From: Pseudomonadota bacterium
Lineage (GTDB): Bacteria > Pseudomonadota > Alphaproteobacteria > Sphingomonadales > SMXR01
DNA: 64,000 bases
Direction of reading: 5' to 3'
NCBI GenBank assembly: GCA_022566895.1
Contig: JADFIA010000009.1
Coordinates: 3,925 to 67,924, forward strand
Shown here: positions 46,278 to 56,996 of the stretch, piece after piece
Numbering within the stretch: the stretch's first letter is position 1
How the letters are laid out: each line of letters opens with the position of its first letter
Translations under genes and position numbers: made by a program
Notes under the pieces: generated by a model
The model's input: the letters and a program-made list of their open reading frames with translations, nothing else
Told to the model about the DNA's origin: nothing
Database searches by the model: none

Positions 46278-46856
46278 ATGTTCAAACGGCGGCACCAACT
46301 GGTCTGGTACCAAAAGCTGCGCGAGTGGGTATGGCCGCGGGCCGGCTGGCAACGCATGGGCCGCTATATCGCTCACCGGCTGCAACGCATGTCCGATTCG
46401 CCCCACCGGATCGCGGCCGGCCTGGCCTGCGGCACGGCGATTTCCTTTACCCCCTTTATCGGTTTTCATCTGCTGCTGGCCTTGGCCATGGCCTTTGTCC
46501 TAAGGGCCAATGTTCTGGCTTCTGCGATCGGCACGCTGGTCGGCAATCCGTGGACCTTTCCGTTCATCTGGGTGTTGATTTACCGCCTGGGCATGGCCCT
46601 TCTGGGGGCCGAATCGGAGCTGCCCCTGAGCCAGCAAATCGACACCGGCCGCCTGCTCACCGAGCCCTGGGAGGCCATCGGGCCGGTGCTCGGTGCAATG
46701 ATCGTCGGCGGTTTGCCGATTGCTTTTTCGGTCTGGTTTCTTACATATTGGCCGGCCCATAGTCTGATTAGCCGTTATCAGGCCCGGCGGGCCCGCAAGC
46801 TAGCCAGGTCCGATCGCCGAAAATCCGGCCGCGGGCGACGGGCAGGAGACAAGTAA
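46278..46856 (+). CDS. DUF2062-family membrane protein
   Basis: SPHRIAAGLACG..FTPFIGFH..GNPWTFP; typical position near spoT. Confidence 0.85.
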   Translation: MFKRRHQLVWYQKLREWVWPRAGWQRMGRYIAHRLQRMSDSPHRIAAGLACGTAISFTPFIGFHLLLALAMAFVLRANVLASAIGTLVGNPWTFPFIWVLIYRLGMALLGAESELPLSQQIDTGRLLTEPWEAIGPVLGAMIVGGLPIAFSVWFLTYWPAHSLISRYQARRARKLARSDRRKSGRGRRAGDK

Positions 46857-46859
46857 GCC

Positions 46860-47612
46860 ATGGACACACTTCGGCTGGGCGTCAATATCGACCACGTTGC
46901 CACGATCCGCAATGCCCGCGGGGGTGATCACCCGGACCCGGTAAGGGCGGCCCGGCTGGCGGCCGGCGCCGGAGCCGACGGCATTACGGCCCATTTGCGT
47001 GAGGACCGGCGCCATATCTCGGATCACGACATCAACCGGCTGACCAGCGAAATCTCCATACCGCTTAATCTCGAGATGGCGGCGACCGAGGAAATGCTCG
47101 AGATTGCCTTGCGCCACAAGCCTAACGCGGCCTGTATCGTGCCGGAAAAGCGCCAAGAAGTGACCACCGAAGGCGGCCTCGATGCGATCGGCGGCTTTGA
47201 TCATCTTCAGACATACGTCTCCAGACTCAGGGAGCGCCGCATACGGGTCAGCCTGTTCCTCGATCCCGAGTCCGGGCAGCTCGAGGCGGCGGCCAAGCTG
47301 GGCGCTGACATCGTCGAAATGCACACCGGCGCCTATGTCGAAGCGGTGGGCGAAAAGCGCGCCGCCGAGTTACAAAAGCTTCGCCAGTGTGCGGCCTACG
47401 GCGCCGAATTGGGGCTCGAGATGCACGCCGGGCATGGCCTGACCTTCGAGACCGTCGGCGAGGTGGCGGCTATCCCCCAGGTGGTCGAGTTGAACATCGG
47501 CCACTTTCTGGTCGGCGAGGCGATTTTTTCGGGCCTCGATTCATCAATCCGCCGCATGCGCGCGCTGATGGATGAGGCCCGGGCCCGCGCCGCCGGTATC
47601 AAGAGCGCCTGA
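46860..47612 (+). CDS. pdxJ: Pyridoxine 5'-phosphate synthase
   Basis: LGVNIDHVATIRNAR, HLREDRRHI, TTEGGLD, HAGHGL, ELNIGH. Confidence 0.97.
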   Translation: MDTLRLGVNIDHVATIRNARGGDHPDPVRAARLAAGAGADGITAHLREDRRHISDHDINRLTSEISIPLNLEMAATEEMLEIALRHKPNAACIVPEKRQEVTTEGGLDAIGGFDHLQTYVSRLRERRIRVSLFLDPESGQLEAAAKLGADIVEMHTGAYVEAVGEKRAAELQKLRQCAAYGAELGLEMHAGHGLTFETVGEVAAIPQVVELNIGHFLVGEAIFSGLDSSIRRMRALMDEARARAAGIKSA

Positions 47613-47630
47613 GTGGCCCGGGGGTCTCCT

Positions 47631-48041
47631 ATGCAAATCCTCGGCCTGGGCAACGACATGATCAATATTTCGCGGATCGAAGGCATGCTCGATCGCTGGG
47701 GCGAGCGCTTCATCCACCGTATCTTTACCGAGATCGAGATCGCCAAATCCGAGGCCCGGGCCGCGCCGGCGGCGAGCTATGCCAAACGGTTCGCGGCCAA
47801 AGAGGCCTGCGCCAAGGCCCTGGGTACCGGCTTCCGGCGCGGCGTCTTCTGGCGCGATCTGGGGGTGGTCAATCTGCCCGGCGGCAAGCCGACGATGGTG
47901 CTCACCGGCGGCGCCCTCGAGCGGCTCGAGGAGTTGACGCCCCAAGGCATGCGGGCTCAGGTCGATTTGACGATCAGCGACGACTATCCCTGGGCCCAGG
48001 CGATTGTCATCATAACCAGCCAACCGGCCAGCGAGACTTAA
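47631..48041 (+). CDS. acpS: Holo-ACP synthase
   Basis: [31 protein letters not shown]. Confidence 0.95.
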   Translation: MQILGLGNDMINISRIEGMLDRWGERFIHRIFTEIEIAKSEARAAPAASYAKRFAAKEACAKALGTGFRRGVFWRDLGVVNLPGGKPTMVLTGGALERLEELTPQGMRAQVDLTISDDYPWAQAIVIITSQPASET

Positions 48042-48122
48042 GCGCCCAATCCTGTTGACAAGCCGGGGAGGCAAAGGCTTATTGGGGCCTCGCGACGGCA
48101 GAGGCGCCAGGAAAAACAAGAT

Positions 48123-49001
48123 TTGGTGAAGAAATTGGCAAGCGAGATTACCAAAGACGACAAGGCGGAAGCCGAAGATGCGGCCGAAGAACCGGTCGAG
48201 GAGCTGAGCACCTTCGGCGAGGTCATACGGACCGTCTTCTGGGCCATTGTCATCGCCCTCGGCGTCCGCACGGTGGCCTACGAACCCTTTAACATCCCCT
48301 CGGAATCGATGCTGCCAACGCTACTGGTGGGCGACTATCTGTTCGTCTCCAAATATCCTTACGGTTATAGCAAACACGCCTTGCCTTTCAGCCTCGACCT
48401 GTTCTCGGGGCGAATCCTCGAGGGGCCGGTGAAGCGTGGCGATATCGCCGTGTTCAAACGGCCCCTGGATAACCAGACCGACTATATCAAGCGCATCGTC
48501 GGGCTGCCCGGCGACCGCATGCAGGTGCTGAACGGCCAGCTCCATATCAACGGTGAGCCGGTCAAACGCCAGTGGGTGGCAGATTACGAGTTCGAGGAAA
48601 CGCCGAATGAGAGTTGCCTCGATCGCCCGGAATACCGCTTCCGGGGTGCCGACGGCGCGGTTTTCTGCCGCTATCCGATGTACCGGGAGACGCTTCCCAA
48701 TGGGGTGAGCTATCTGACCCTAGATCTCGATCCCGACTGGCCGTGGGACAATACCCGGGTCTATGTGGTGCCCCAAGGGCATTATTTCGCGATGGGGGAC
48801 AATCGCGACAATTCGAGCGACAGCCGCAAGCCGCCAACCACAGGCGTCGGCTTTGTGCCGGCCGAGAACCTGGTCGGGCGGGCCGAGATCATCTTCTTTT
48901 CGACCGACGGTAGCGCCGCCTGGTGGCAGCCCTGGTACTGGTTCCAGGCCATGCGCTTTGGTCGCTTTTTCGATTCTCTAAGAGGCTCACCCGAGGACTA
49001 A
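48123..49001 (+). CDS. lepB: Signal peptidase I
   Basis: IPSESMLPTL, YIKRIVGLPGD, MGDNRDNSSDSR. Confidence 0.96.
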   Translation: MVKKLASEITKDDKAEAEDAAEEPVEELSTFGEVIRTVFWAIVIALGVRTVAYEPFNIPSESMLPTLLVGDYLFVSKYPYGYSKHALPFSLDLFSGRILEGPVKRGDIAVFKRPLDNQTDYIKRIVGLPGDRMQVLNGQLHINGEPVKRQWVADYEFEETPNESCLDRPEYRFRGADGAVFCRYPMYRETLPNGVSYLTLDLDPDWPWDNTRVYVVPQGHYFAMGDNRDNSSDSRKPPTTGVGFVPAENLVGRAEIIFFSTDGSAAWWQPWYWFQAMRFGRFFDSLRGSPED

Positions 49002-49008
49002 GTAGGTC

Positions 49009-49701
49009 ATGGCAAGCGATCAGGAAAACGCCGACGCGGAGGCCATTGAAGCCCTGCTCGGCCATTCCTTTCAAGACCGCAATCTCCTGATTGCAGCGTT
49101 GACCCACCCCAGCCTCGAGGACGAGGCCAACTACCAGCGCCTTGAGTTCTTGGGTGACCGGGTCTTGGGACTGGTGAACGCCGAGGCAGTCTTTCGTGCT
49201 TTCGGCGACGCCGATGAAGGTCTTCTGACACTCTGCTTCCACCGAATGGTGAGCAATGCGGCGCTTGCCGAGGTCGCGAATGAACTGAAACTTGGAAGGT
49301 TCATTCGAATGGCGGCAGAAGCCGAAAAAAACGGTGGAAGAAAGAACGCTTCAATTCTGGCTGACGTCATGGAGGCGATAATTGGCGCTATTTATCTCGA
49401 CGGAGGGCTTGACGCTGTACGTGTCACCATTCGGGCCTTTTGGGCTGAGCGTCTAAGCAGGGCTCCGGACAGAGATGCCAAAACATTTCTCCAGGAATGG
49501 CTTCAGAGCCGCGGCGGGCAAGAACCCATATATTCAATCGCCAAGCGCGAAGGACCGGATCATGCACCGACATTTACCGTTCGTGTCGAGGCCGGAGATC
49601 TAGGTAGCGCCGAAGCCAAAGGGAGCAGCCGCAAGGCGGCCGAGTTCGCGGCCGCGGCAGCGCTTTTGGATAAGCTTCAAGACCAGGCGGACAAAAGTTG
49701 A
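49009..49701 (+). CDS. rnc: Ribonuclease III
   Basis: ALTHPS, RLEFLGDRVLG, ADVMEAIIGAIYLD; dsRBD KTFLQEW..GPDH. Confidence 0.95.
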   Translation: MASDQENADAEAIEALLGHSFQDRNLLIAALTHPSLEDEANYQRLEFLGDRVLGLVNAEAVFRAFGDADEGLLTLCFHRMVSNAALAEVANELKLGRFIRMAAEAEKNGGRKNASILADVMEAIIGAIYLDGGLDAVRVTIRAFWAERLSRAPDRDAKTFLQEWLQSRGGQEPIYSIAKREGPDHAPTFTVRVEAGDLGSAEAKGSSRKAAEFAAAAALLDKLQDQADKS

Positions 49702-50600
49702 GCGCCGGGCCCACCCGCTGCGGCTTCGTCGCCCTGATCGGCGCCCCCAACGCCGGTAAGTCGACCCTTTTAAACGCTCTGGTGGGGGCCAAGGTGGCGA
49801 TTGTCACGCACAAGGTTCAGACCACCCGCAGCCGCATTATCGGCATCGTCATCGAGCAGGCATCGCAGCTTGTCTTTGTCGATACGCCGGGCATTTTCGA
49901 GCCGCGCCGGCGCCTCGACCGGGCGATGGTCTCGGCTGCCTGGAAGGGCGCCCGGGACGCCGACCTGACGGCGCTTCTGATCGATGTCCGCAAGGGGTTT
50001 AACGACGATGTGGAACGCATACTGGCCGGGCTTGAGGCGGCTGGCGGCCAGACCATCCTGCTGCTCAATAAGATCGACAGGGTCAAAAAGCCGACGCTCC
50101 TGGAACTTGCGGCGTCGTTCGACCGGCGTGGTCTTTTTTCCAGGACTTTCATGATCTCGGCCTTGAACGGCGACGGAGTGACGGATCTCAAGGCCTATTT
50201 CGCGACAGCGGTTCCCGAGGGCCCGTGGCTGTATCCGGAGGACCAGTTGAGCGATATCACCGAACGGCTGCTGGCCTCCGAAATGACCCGCGAGCAGATT
50301 TATCTGCGTCTGCATCAGGAATTGCCCTATGCGACCACCGTCGAGACCGAAAGCTGGCAGGAACAGGAGGACGGCAGCCTGCGGATCGAACAATTGATTT
50401 TTGTCCAGCGCGACAGCCAGAAGGGCATTGTCATCGGCAAGGGCGGCCAGGCCCTGAAGGCCATCGGCGTAGCGGCGCGCCAGGAAATGGAGCGTCATTT
50501 CGAGCGCCGGGTCCACCTGTCTCTTTATGTCAAGGTCAGCGAGAAATGGGCCGAGCGGCCGGATCATTACTCGAAAATTGGCCTCGATTTTGTAAAATAG
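49698..50600 (+). CDS. era: GTPase Era
   Basis: GAPNAGKS, DTPG, NKID; KH domain VIGKGG. Confidence 0.97.
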   Translation: MSAGPTRCGFVALIGAPNAGKSTLLNALVGAKVAIVTHKVQTTRSRIIGIVIEQASQLVFVDTPGIFEPRRRLDRAMVSAAWKGARDADLTALLIDVRKGFNDDVERILAGLEAAGGQTILLLNKIDRVKKPTLLELAASFDRRGLFSRTFMISALNGDGVTDLKAYFATAVPEGPWLYPEDQLSDITERLLASEMTREQIYLRLHQELPYATTVETESWQEQEDGSLRIEQLIFVQRDSQKGIVIGKGGQALKAIGVAARQEMERHFERRVHLSLYVKVSEKWAERPDHYSKIGLDFVK

Positions 50601-50604
50601 CGCC

Positions 50605-51336
50605 ATGGATTGGTCAGACGACGCAATTATTCTCGGCACCCGCAAATACGGCGAGGCCGACGCTCTGGTGGATGTTCTGGCGCACCGGGAGGGGCGCTAT
50701 TGCGGCTTCGTTCGCGGCGGCATGGGGCGCCGCCAGCGGGGCATTCTGCAGGTCGGAAACGGTGTGCAGGCGAGCTGGCGGGCCCGGGTGGAAGCCAATC
50801 TGGGCTCGATGACCCTGGAACTGAAAGTGGCCAGAGCGGCCCAGCTGTTCGCTCGTCCGGCCCGCCTAGCGGCCTTATCGAGCACCGCCGCGCTGTTACT
50901 CGCCGCTTTGCCCGAGCGCCAACCGCAGGCCAAGGTCTACGAAGCGTTCGTCGAACTTCTCCATATGTTGACCGACGATCAAATCGACGACCAGGAATGG
51001 GCCATAGCGCTGGTCCGCTTCGAGGCCGGACTGCTGGCCGAACTGGGCTTCGGTCTCGATCTCAGTGCCTGCGCGGCGACCGGGGAGGTGGCCAACCTGA
51101 TCTATGTCTCGCCGCGCAGCGGCCGCGCGGTCGGCGCCGAGGCAGGACGGCCTTACAAGGAAAAGCTGCTGTCTCTGCCTGCCTTTATGATCGGCCCGGC
51201 GGCGGCCGACCGCGAAGATATACGCGCCGGCTTTGCCATCACCGGCTATTTTCTTGAGCGTCATCTGCTGGGGCCTCTGGGCCGGCCGTTGCCCGATGCG
51301 CGGGCCCGCATGCTCGGCTATCTGGCCGACCACTGA
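50605..51336 (+). CDS. recO: DNA repair protein RecO
   Basis: MDWSDDAIIL..YGE; ELGFGLDLSACA..YVSPRSGRAV; follows era. Confidence 0.95.
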   Translation: MDWSDDAIILGTRKYGEADALVDVLAHREGRYCGFVRGGMGRRQRGILQVGNGVQASWRARVEANLGSMTLELKVARAAQLFARPARLAALSSTAALLLAALPERQPQAKVYEAFVELLHMLTDDQIDDQEWAIALVRFEAGLLAELGFGLDLSACAATGEVANLIYVSPRSGRAVGAEAGRPYKEKLLSLPAFMIGPAAADREDIRAGFAITGYFLERHLLGPLGRPLPDARARMLGYLADH

Positions 51337-51396
51337 GGCCAAAAATACGGCCTGCGGGGCATGGTCTTTCCGGCCGGAAATGATATATTCGCCGGC

Positions 51397-53652
51397 ATGA
51401 GCAAGCAACTTGCAACCAAGGAGCACATCCTTGACGAACCGCTCGCCGAGGCCCTCAGCGAGCGCTATCTGTCCTACGCCTTGTCGACTATCACGTCGCG
51501 CTCCCTGCCCGACGTGCGCGACGGTTTAAAACCGGTTCACCGGCGGCTTCTTTATGCGATGAGGCTCTTAAAACTCAAGCCTGACACGGGTTTCAAGAAA
51601 TGCGCCCGGGTGGTCGGCGACGTCATCGGCAAATACCATCCGCACGGCGACCAGGCGGTCTACGATGCCCTGGTGCGCCTGGCCCAGGACTTTTCGGTGC
51701 GCTATCCGCTGATCGACGGCCAGGGCAATTTCGGTAACATCGACGGCGATAACGCGGCGGCCATGCGCTATACCGAGGCGCGGATCACCAAGGTCGCCGA
51801 AGTGCTGATGGAGGGCCTGGACGAGGACGCGGTCGATTTTCGCACGACCTACGACGGTGAGGAGGAAGAGCCGGTCGTCTTTCCGGCCAGTTTCCCGAAC
51901 CTTTTGGCCAACGGCGCCACCGGAATCGCGGTCGGCATGGCCACCAGCATCCCGCCCCATAACGCCGGCGAGTTGATCGACGGCTTGCTCTTGATCATCG
52001 ATCTGCGGGTCGGGCGGCGCCAGAGCCTGACCACCATTCAGCTCGTCAACCGCATCCCCGGACCCGATTTCCCGACCGGCGGCCTGATCGTTGAACCGCG
52101 CGAAAATATCGTTCAAGCCTACGCCACCGGGCGCGGCAGCTTCCGCCTGCGGGCCCGCTGGGAGAAGGAGGATCTGAGCCGTGGGGCCTATCAGATCGTG
52201 ATCACCGAGATTCCCTATATGGTCCAGAAATCGAGGCTGATCGAAAAGATCGCCGATCTGATCTCGGACAAGAAACTGCCCATCCTGACCAATGTATCGG
52301 ACGAATCGGACACCAGCCTACGCATCGTATTGGAGCCCAAATCGCGCTCGGTAGAGCCGCGCATACTGATGGAAAGCTTGTTCAAGCTGACCGACCTGGA
52401 GACGCGGGTGCAGTTGAATCTCAATGTTCTGGACGCCGAGAAATCGCCGCGGGTGATGAGTTTGAGGGAAGCTCTCGATGCCTTCCTCGATCATCGCCGG
52501 GAGGTGCTTTTGCGGCGCTCGAAGCACCGCTTGGAAAAGATCAAGCATCGCCTGGAGGTGCTGGCCGGTTATCTGGTCGCCTATCTCAACCTCGACGAGG
52601 TGATCCGCATCATCCGCCAGGAGGACGATCCCAAGGCCGAGCTGATGGCCGTCTTCGAGCTCTCCGAAGTGCAGGTCGAGGCGGTCCTCAACATGCGGCT
52701 CAGGTCATTGCGCAAGCTCGAGGAAATTGAGCTCAAGAAAGAGCACAAGGCCCTGGGTGAGGAGAAATCCGGGATCAAGGCGCTGGTCGAAAGCGAGACC
52801 AGCCAATGGGAGGTGATCGCGGCCGATCTGGCCGAGCTCAAGGTCATGTTCGGTCCCAAGACCGATCTCGGCAAACGCCGCAGCGATTTTTCCGAGGCGC
52901 CGCAGGCCGAAGCGGTGCCCCTGGAGGCGATGATCGAAAAGGAACCGATTACCGTCATCTGCTCGCAGATGGGCTGGGTGCGGGCGATCAAGGGCCATCT
53001 GCCGGCCGAGGACGAGGTCAAATACAAGGAAGGCGACCAGCCGCGCTGGCGCTTTCACGCCCAGACCACCGACAAACTCCTGTTATTTGCCTCGAACGGC
53101 CGGGTTTACACGATCGGCGCCGACAAACTGCCGGGCGGTCGGGGGCACGGCGAACCGTTGCGCCTGATGGTCGAATTGGACGACCAGGAGGATATCGTCG
53201 CCCTGCTGCGCTTCAAGCCGGAAAGCCGGGTGCTGGTGGCTTCGAGCGCCGGCAAGGGATTCCTGGCCCAAGCCGACCGGCTGCTGGCCTCGACCCGCCA
53301 GGGTAAACAGCTGATGAATCTTCCCGCCGGTACGGTGACCAGGGTCTGCCTGGCCGCCGAAGGGGATCACGTGGCGGTGCTCGGTACCAACCGCAAGCTC
53401 TTGATTTACCCGCTCGACCAGCTGCCGACCCGCGGCCGCGGCCAGGGGGTCAGCCTGCAACGCTACCCGAAAGGCGAGCTGGCCGATATCAAGACCTTTA
53501 ATCTGGTCGACGGTCTGAGCTGGCGCAGCGGCGGCGCCTCGGGCCGTCTGCGAACCGAATACGACCTCGAGCGCTGGATCGGCCGGCGCGGCAACGTCGG
53601 CCGTCTGGTGCCCAAAGGCTTTCCGTCGCGCAAGTCCTTCGGCGAGGTGTGA
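51397..53652 (+). CDS. parC: DNA topoisomerase IV subunit A
   Basis: [32 protein letters not shown]; about 750 aa with no GyrA-box. Confidence 0.93.
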   Translation: MSKQLATKEHILDEPLAEALSERYLSYALSTITSRSLPDVRDGLKPVHRRLLYAMRLLKLKPDTGFKKCARVVGDVIGKYHPHGDQAVYDALVRLAQDFSVRYPLIDGQGNFGNIDGDNAAAMRYTEARITKVAEVLMEGLDEDAVDFRTTYDGEEEEPVVFPASFPNLLANGATGIAVGMATSIPPHNAGELIDGLLLIIDLRVGRRQSLTTIQLVNRIPGPDFPTGGLIVEPRENIVQAYATGRGSFRLRARWEKEDLSRGAYQIVITEIPYMVQKSRLIEKIADLISDKKLPILTNVSDESDTSLRIVLEPKSRSVEPRILMESLFKLTDLETRVQLNLNVLDAEKSPRVMSLREALDAFLDHRREVLLRRSKHRLEKIKHRLEVLAGYLVAYLNLDEVIRIIRQEDDPKAELMAVFELSEVQVEAVLNMRLRSLRKLEEIELKKEHKALGEEKSGIKALVESETSQWEVIAADLAELKVMFGPKTDLGKRRSDFSEAPQAEAVPLEAMIEKEPITVICSQMGWVRAIKGHLPAEDEVKYKEGDQPRWRFHAQTTDKLLLFASNGRVYTIGADKLPGGRGHGEPLRLMVELDDQEDIVALLRFKPESRVLVASSAGKGFLAQADRLLASTRQGKQLMNLPAGTVTRVCLAAEGDHVAVLGTNRKLLIYPLDQLPTRGRGQGVSLQRYPKGELADIKTFNLVDGLSWRSGGASGRLRTEYDLERWIGRRGNVGRLVPKGFPSRKSFGEV

Positions 53653-53662
53653 CCACAGTGGT

Positions 53663-55231
53663 CTAGTGCGGGAAGATCTTGCCGGGCAGCCAGGTCGCAA
53701 TCTCCGGCCAGATCGAGAGCACCACCAGGGCCGCAAGCTGGATCGCCACGAAGGGCGCCACGCCCTTGTAGAGATCGCGCGTCTCCAATTCCTTCGGGGC
53801 CACGCCGCGCAGATAGAAAAGCGCAAAACCGAAGGGCGGCGTCAGAAAGCTGGTCTGCAGGTTGATCGCCATCATCACACCGAGCCAGATCGGGTTGATG
53901 CCCATGGCCAGAAGCACCGGGGCGACGATCGGCACGACCACAAAGGTGATCTCGATAAAATCGAGAAAGAAACCCAGTATGAACATCACCAGCATCACCA
54001 CGATCATCGTGCCGGCGGTGCCGCCCGGCAGATCGGTCAGCAGGGCGCTGACGTAGCCGTCGCCGCCGAAGCCCCGGAAGACCAGGGCGAAAAGCCCGGC
54101 CCCGATGAGGATGGAAAAGACCATGACGTTGATGCGCAGCGTGCCGTCGAGGACTCTTCTGAGTACACCCGCGCGCTCGGTGATCATCAGGGCCTGCGAA
54201 AGTCCGATCAGCACCAACAGGGTCAACAGCCCGGTGATCACCAGATAGACGGTGCTGTCGGTGGCCTCGGCGCTTTGGGAATAGGCGGCCAGCCCCAACA
54301 GCGCCACTAGCCCCAGGCTCGGCCACAGATAGGCCTCGGGCCGCAGGCGGATGGCGCCCAGATAGACCGCCCCGACAGCGCCCACGGCGGCGGCTTCGGT
54401 CGGCGGCGCAAAGCCGGTGAGGATCGAGCCGAGGACGGCAACGATCAAAACGATCGGCGCCACCAGGGCCCGCAGCAGCCGGCCGAGGCCGACCGGCCGG
54501 CGATCTTCGGCCGCCTCGACCGGGCTCATCTGCGGGCGAAAGAAAGCGACCCCGGCCTGGTAGAGAATATAAAGCAGCACCAGCCCCAGACCCGGCAGCA
54601 GGGCGCCGGCGAACAATTCACCAATGCTTAACGGCTGTGGCGAGAAGATCTGCTGGACCCGCTGCGCTTCCTGATAGGCTGACGAGAGCACGTCGCCCAG
54701 GAGCACCAGGACGATCGAGGGTGGGATGATTTGCCCGAGCGTGCCGGCGGCGGCGATCGAGCCGGCGGCAAAGCCGGGATCATATCCGCGCCTGAGCATG
54801 GTCGGTAGGCTTAAAAGCCCCAGGGTCACCACTGTGGCCCCCACGATGCCGGTCGAGGCGGCGAGTAAGGCGCCCACCAGAGTGACTGAAATGCCGAGGC
54901 CGCCGGGCCAGCGGGCGCAAACATCACCCAGGGCCTCGATCAGGTCTTCGGCCACCCTCGAGCGCTCCAACATGACGCCCATGGCCACGAACAGGGGCAC
55001 CGCCAGCAGCACTTCGTTGGTCATATTGCCCAGCATGCGCTCGGGCAACAGCCCGATATAGCCGACATCGAGGGGCCCCATATCGAGCCCGAACAGGCCC
55101 TTGAGCGCCAGCCCTAGGCCGGCGAAAATGAGGGCCACGCCGGCCAGCGTAAAGGCCACCGGATAGCCGGCCAGAAGTGCCGCACCGAGGCTAACAATCA
55201 TCAACAGCGTCAGGATCGCGGCTGGTTCCAT
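53663..55231 (-). CDS. TRAP transporter large permease (DctM-like)
   Basis: GYPVAFTL, AASTGIVGA, GTLGQIIPPS, SFLTPPFG. Confidence 0.93.
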   Translation of the reverse strand: MEPAAILTLLMIVSLGAALLAGYPVAFTLAGVALIFAGLGLALKGLFGLDMGPLDVGYIGLLPERMLGNMTNEVLLAVPLFVAMGVMLERSRVAEDLIEALGDVCARWPGGLGISVTLVGALLAASTGIVGATVVTLGLLSLPTMLRRGYDPGFAAGSIAAAGTLGQIIPPSIVLVLLGDVLSSAYQEAQRVQQIFSPQPLSIGELFAGALLPGLGLVLLYILYQAGVAFFRPQMSPVEAAEDRRPVGLGRLLRALVAPIVLIVAVLGSILTGFAPPTEAAAVGAVGAVYLGAIRLRPEAYLWPSLGLVALLGLAAYSQSAEATDSTVYLVITGLLTLLVLIGLSQALMITERAGVLRRVLDGTLRINVMVFSILIGAGLFALVFRGFGGDGYVSALLTDLPGGTAGTMIVVMLVMFILGFFLDFIEITFVVVPIVAPVLLAMGINPIWLGVMMAINLQTSFLTPPFGFALFYLRGVAPKELETRDLYKGVAPFVAIQLAALVVLSIWPEIATWLPGKIFPH

Positions 55232-55235
55232 CGGC

Positions 55236-55766
55236 TCAGCTCTCAGCCGTCCGGTCCGGCTCGGGCACCAACACGTCGAGCGACGCGTTGACCAGCGAGA
55301 TGCCTTGCGCCGCCAAGGTCAGGGCGAACAGCGGAATGAAGGACTTCATGAGGAAAAAGATCGGCAGGCCCGAGATTTCCTGCGAGGTCTCGAGGGTGGC
55401 CCAGGAAGCGATCGCCAAGGGCAGACCGTACCACAGGATCAGCCCGCACACCGGCCACAACAGCAACAGCGTGCCCCAGAGGTTGACCCTGGCCTGGAAG
55501 CGCCTGGAGGCGGCGCGGTATTTCAGATCGACCCGCACGTGCCCATCGACCAGCAGCACGTAGCCGGCGCCGCCCAGAAACATCAGGGCGTTGAGATAAA
55601 GCAGCGATTCCTGAAATTTGATCGAACCGATGTGAAAAACCGAAGAGGCCAACACCAGCGTGAACTGAATGAGCACCAGAAGAATCACCGTCCAGCCCAA
55701 CAGGCGGCCGAAGGCCCGGTTGGCCCGATCGACGAATTTGGCAGCGGCTCTGAGGCGGGTCCGCAC
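55236..55766 (-). CDS. TRAP transporter small permease (DctQ-like)
   Basis: Four TM segments; DGHVRVDL; lies between the DctP- and DctM-like genes. Confidence 0.9.
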   Translation of the reverse strand: MRTRLRAAAKFVDRANRAFGRLLGWTVILLVLIQFTLVLASSVFHIGSIKFQESLLYLNALMFLGGAGYVLLVDGHVRVDLKYRAASRRFQARVNLWGTLLLLWPVCGLILWYGLPLAIASWATLETSQEISGLPIFFLMKSFIPLFALTLAAQGISLVNASLDVLVPEPDRTAES

Positions 55767-55768
55767 GG

Positions 55769-56905
55769 CTACCTCTTCAATTTGTCGCGGGCCGCGGTAA
55801 AGGCGCGCTCGGAGATCTCGCCCCAGCGGGAGGTGCGTGCCATCGAGGCCATGTAGCTTTCGTAAATCTGCCCGGTCGTCGGGTCGGCCGCCGCCACGTC
55901 GGCTAGCACCTCGATCGAGATGCGGCCCATTTCGGCCAGGATTTCATCCGAAAAGCGGCGCAGCTTGACCCCATGATCCTCAATCAGCGTGACCAGGGCG
56001 CGGCCGTTCTGGGCCTCATATTCGGAGCGCATGACGATCGTCTCGGCGGCGGCCGCGTTCTCGATGGCGCTACGCTGGCTGGGTGAAAGTTCCTCCCATA
56101 AATCCTTGTTGATACCGAGCCCCAAGGCGGTGCCCGGCTCGTGGATGCCCGGATAGTAGTAATAATCGACAATCGTGTGGAAGCCGAAAGCCATATCGTT
56201 CCACGGGCCGATCCATTCGGTGGCGTCGATATTGCCCTGCGACAGGGCCAGGAAAATCTCGCCGCCGGCCTTGGTCACCGGGGTGGCGCCGAGCCTTTCC
56301 ATGACCTCGCCGCCGAGGCCGGGCATGCGGATGCGCAGGCCCTCGAAATCTTTGACCGAGTTGATCTCGTTGCGGTACCAGCCGCCCATTTGCGGACCGG
56401 TGCTGCCGGCCATAAACGGCTTGATATTGAAAGGAGCCGAAAGCGCGTCCCAAAGCTCCTGGCCGCCGTCGCTGTAAATCCAGGCGGCAAACTCGGTCGC
56501 GGTCATGCCGAAGGGCACAGCGGCGAAAAAATTGAAGGCCTTCGAGCGGCCCTGCCAATAATATTCGGCGCCGTGATAGAAATCCACCTTACCCGAGGCC
56601 ACGGCGTCGAAGCCGCCAAACGCCGGCACCAGTTCGCCGGCTCCGAAGACCCTTATATCGAGGCTGCCTTCGGTCAGCTCGAAGATGCGCTTGGCCAGGC
56701 GTTCGGCCCCGGTGCCGGCTCCGGGGAAATGCTTGGGCCAGCTGGTGACCATTTTGAGTGATCGTTTTTTATTGAGGATGGCCGGTCCACCGGCCTCCTT
56801 ATCGCCGCCCGCCTGATCGCCGCAGGCCGCCAAAAGCGCCGCGGCGCCGGTGGCGCCCGCCAATTTGAGGAATTTTCGCCGCTCTTGATTGTCACTATCG
56901 GACAA
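55769..56905 (-). CDS. TRAP substrate-binding protein (DctP/TakP-like) with Tat/lipoprotein signal
   Basis: ERRKFLK and LLAAC; MVTSWPK, AGELVP, QMGGW, RMPGLGG. Likely TTG start at 56905 after AAGGGGGA; the longer ORF call overlaps the next gene. Confidence 0.9.
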   Translation of the reverse strand: MSDSDNQERRKFLKLAGATGAAALLAACGDQAGGDKEAGGPAILNKKRSLKMVTSWPKHFPGAGTGAERLAKRIFELTEGSLDIRVFGAGELVPAFGGFDAVASGKVDFYHGAEYYWQGRSKAFNFFAAVPFGMTATEFAAWIYSDGGQELWDALSAPFNIKPFMAGSTGPQMGGWYRNEINSVKDFEGLRIRMPGLGGEVMERLGATPVTKAGGEIFLALSQGNIDATEWIGPWNDMAFGFHTIVDYYYYPGIHEPGTALGLGINKDLWEELSPSQRSAIENAAAAETIVMRSEYEAQNGRALVTLIEDHGVKLRRFSDEILAEMGRISIEVLADVAAADPTTGQIYESYMASMARTSRWGEISERAFTAARDKLKR

Positions 56906-56996
56906 AACCGTTTCCCCCTTCCGTCGCCGGTAGCTGCCGGAGTATAGAAAGCCCACGCTCAACGGCAAGACCGATCGAGTCGGCAAGCCCTGGGTC

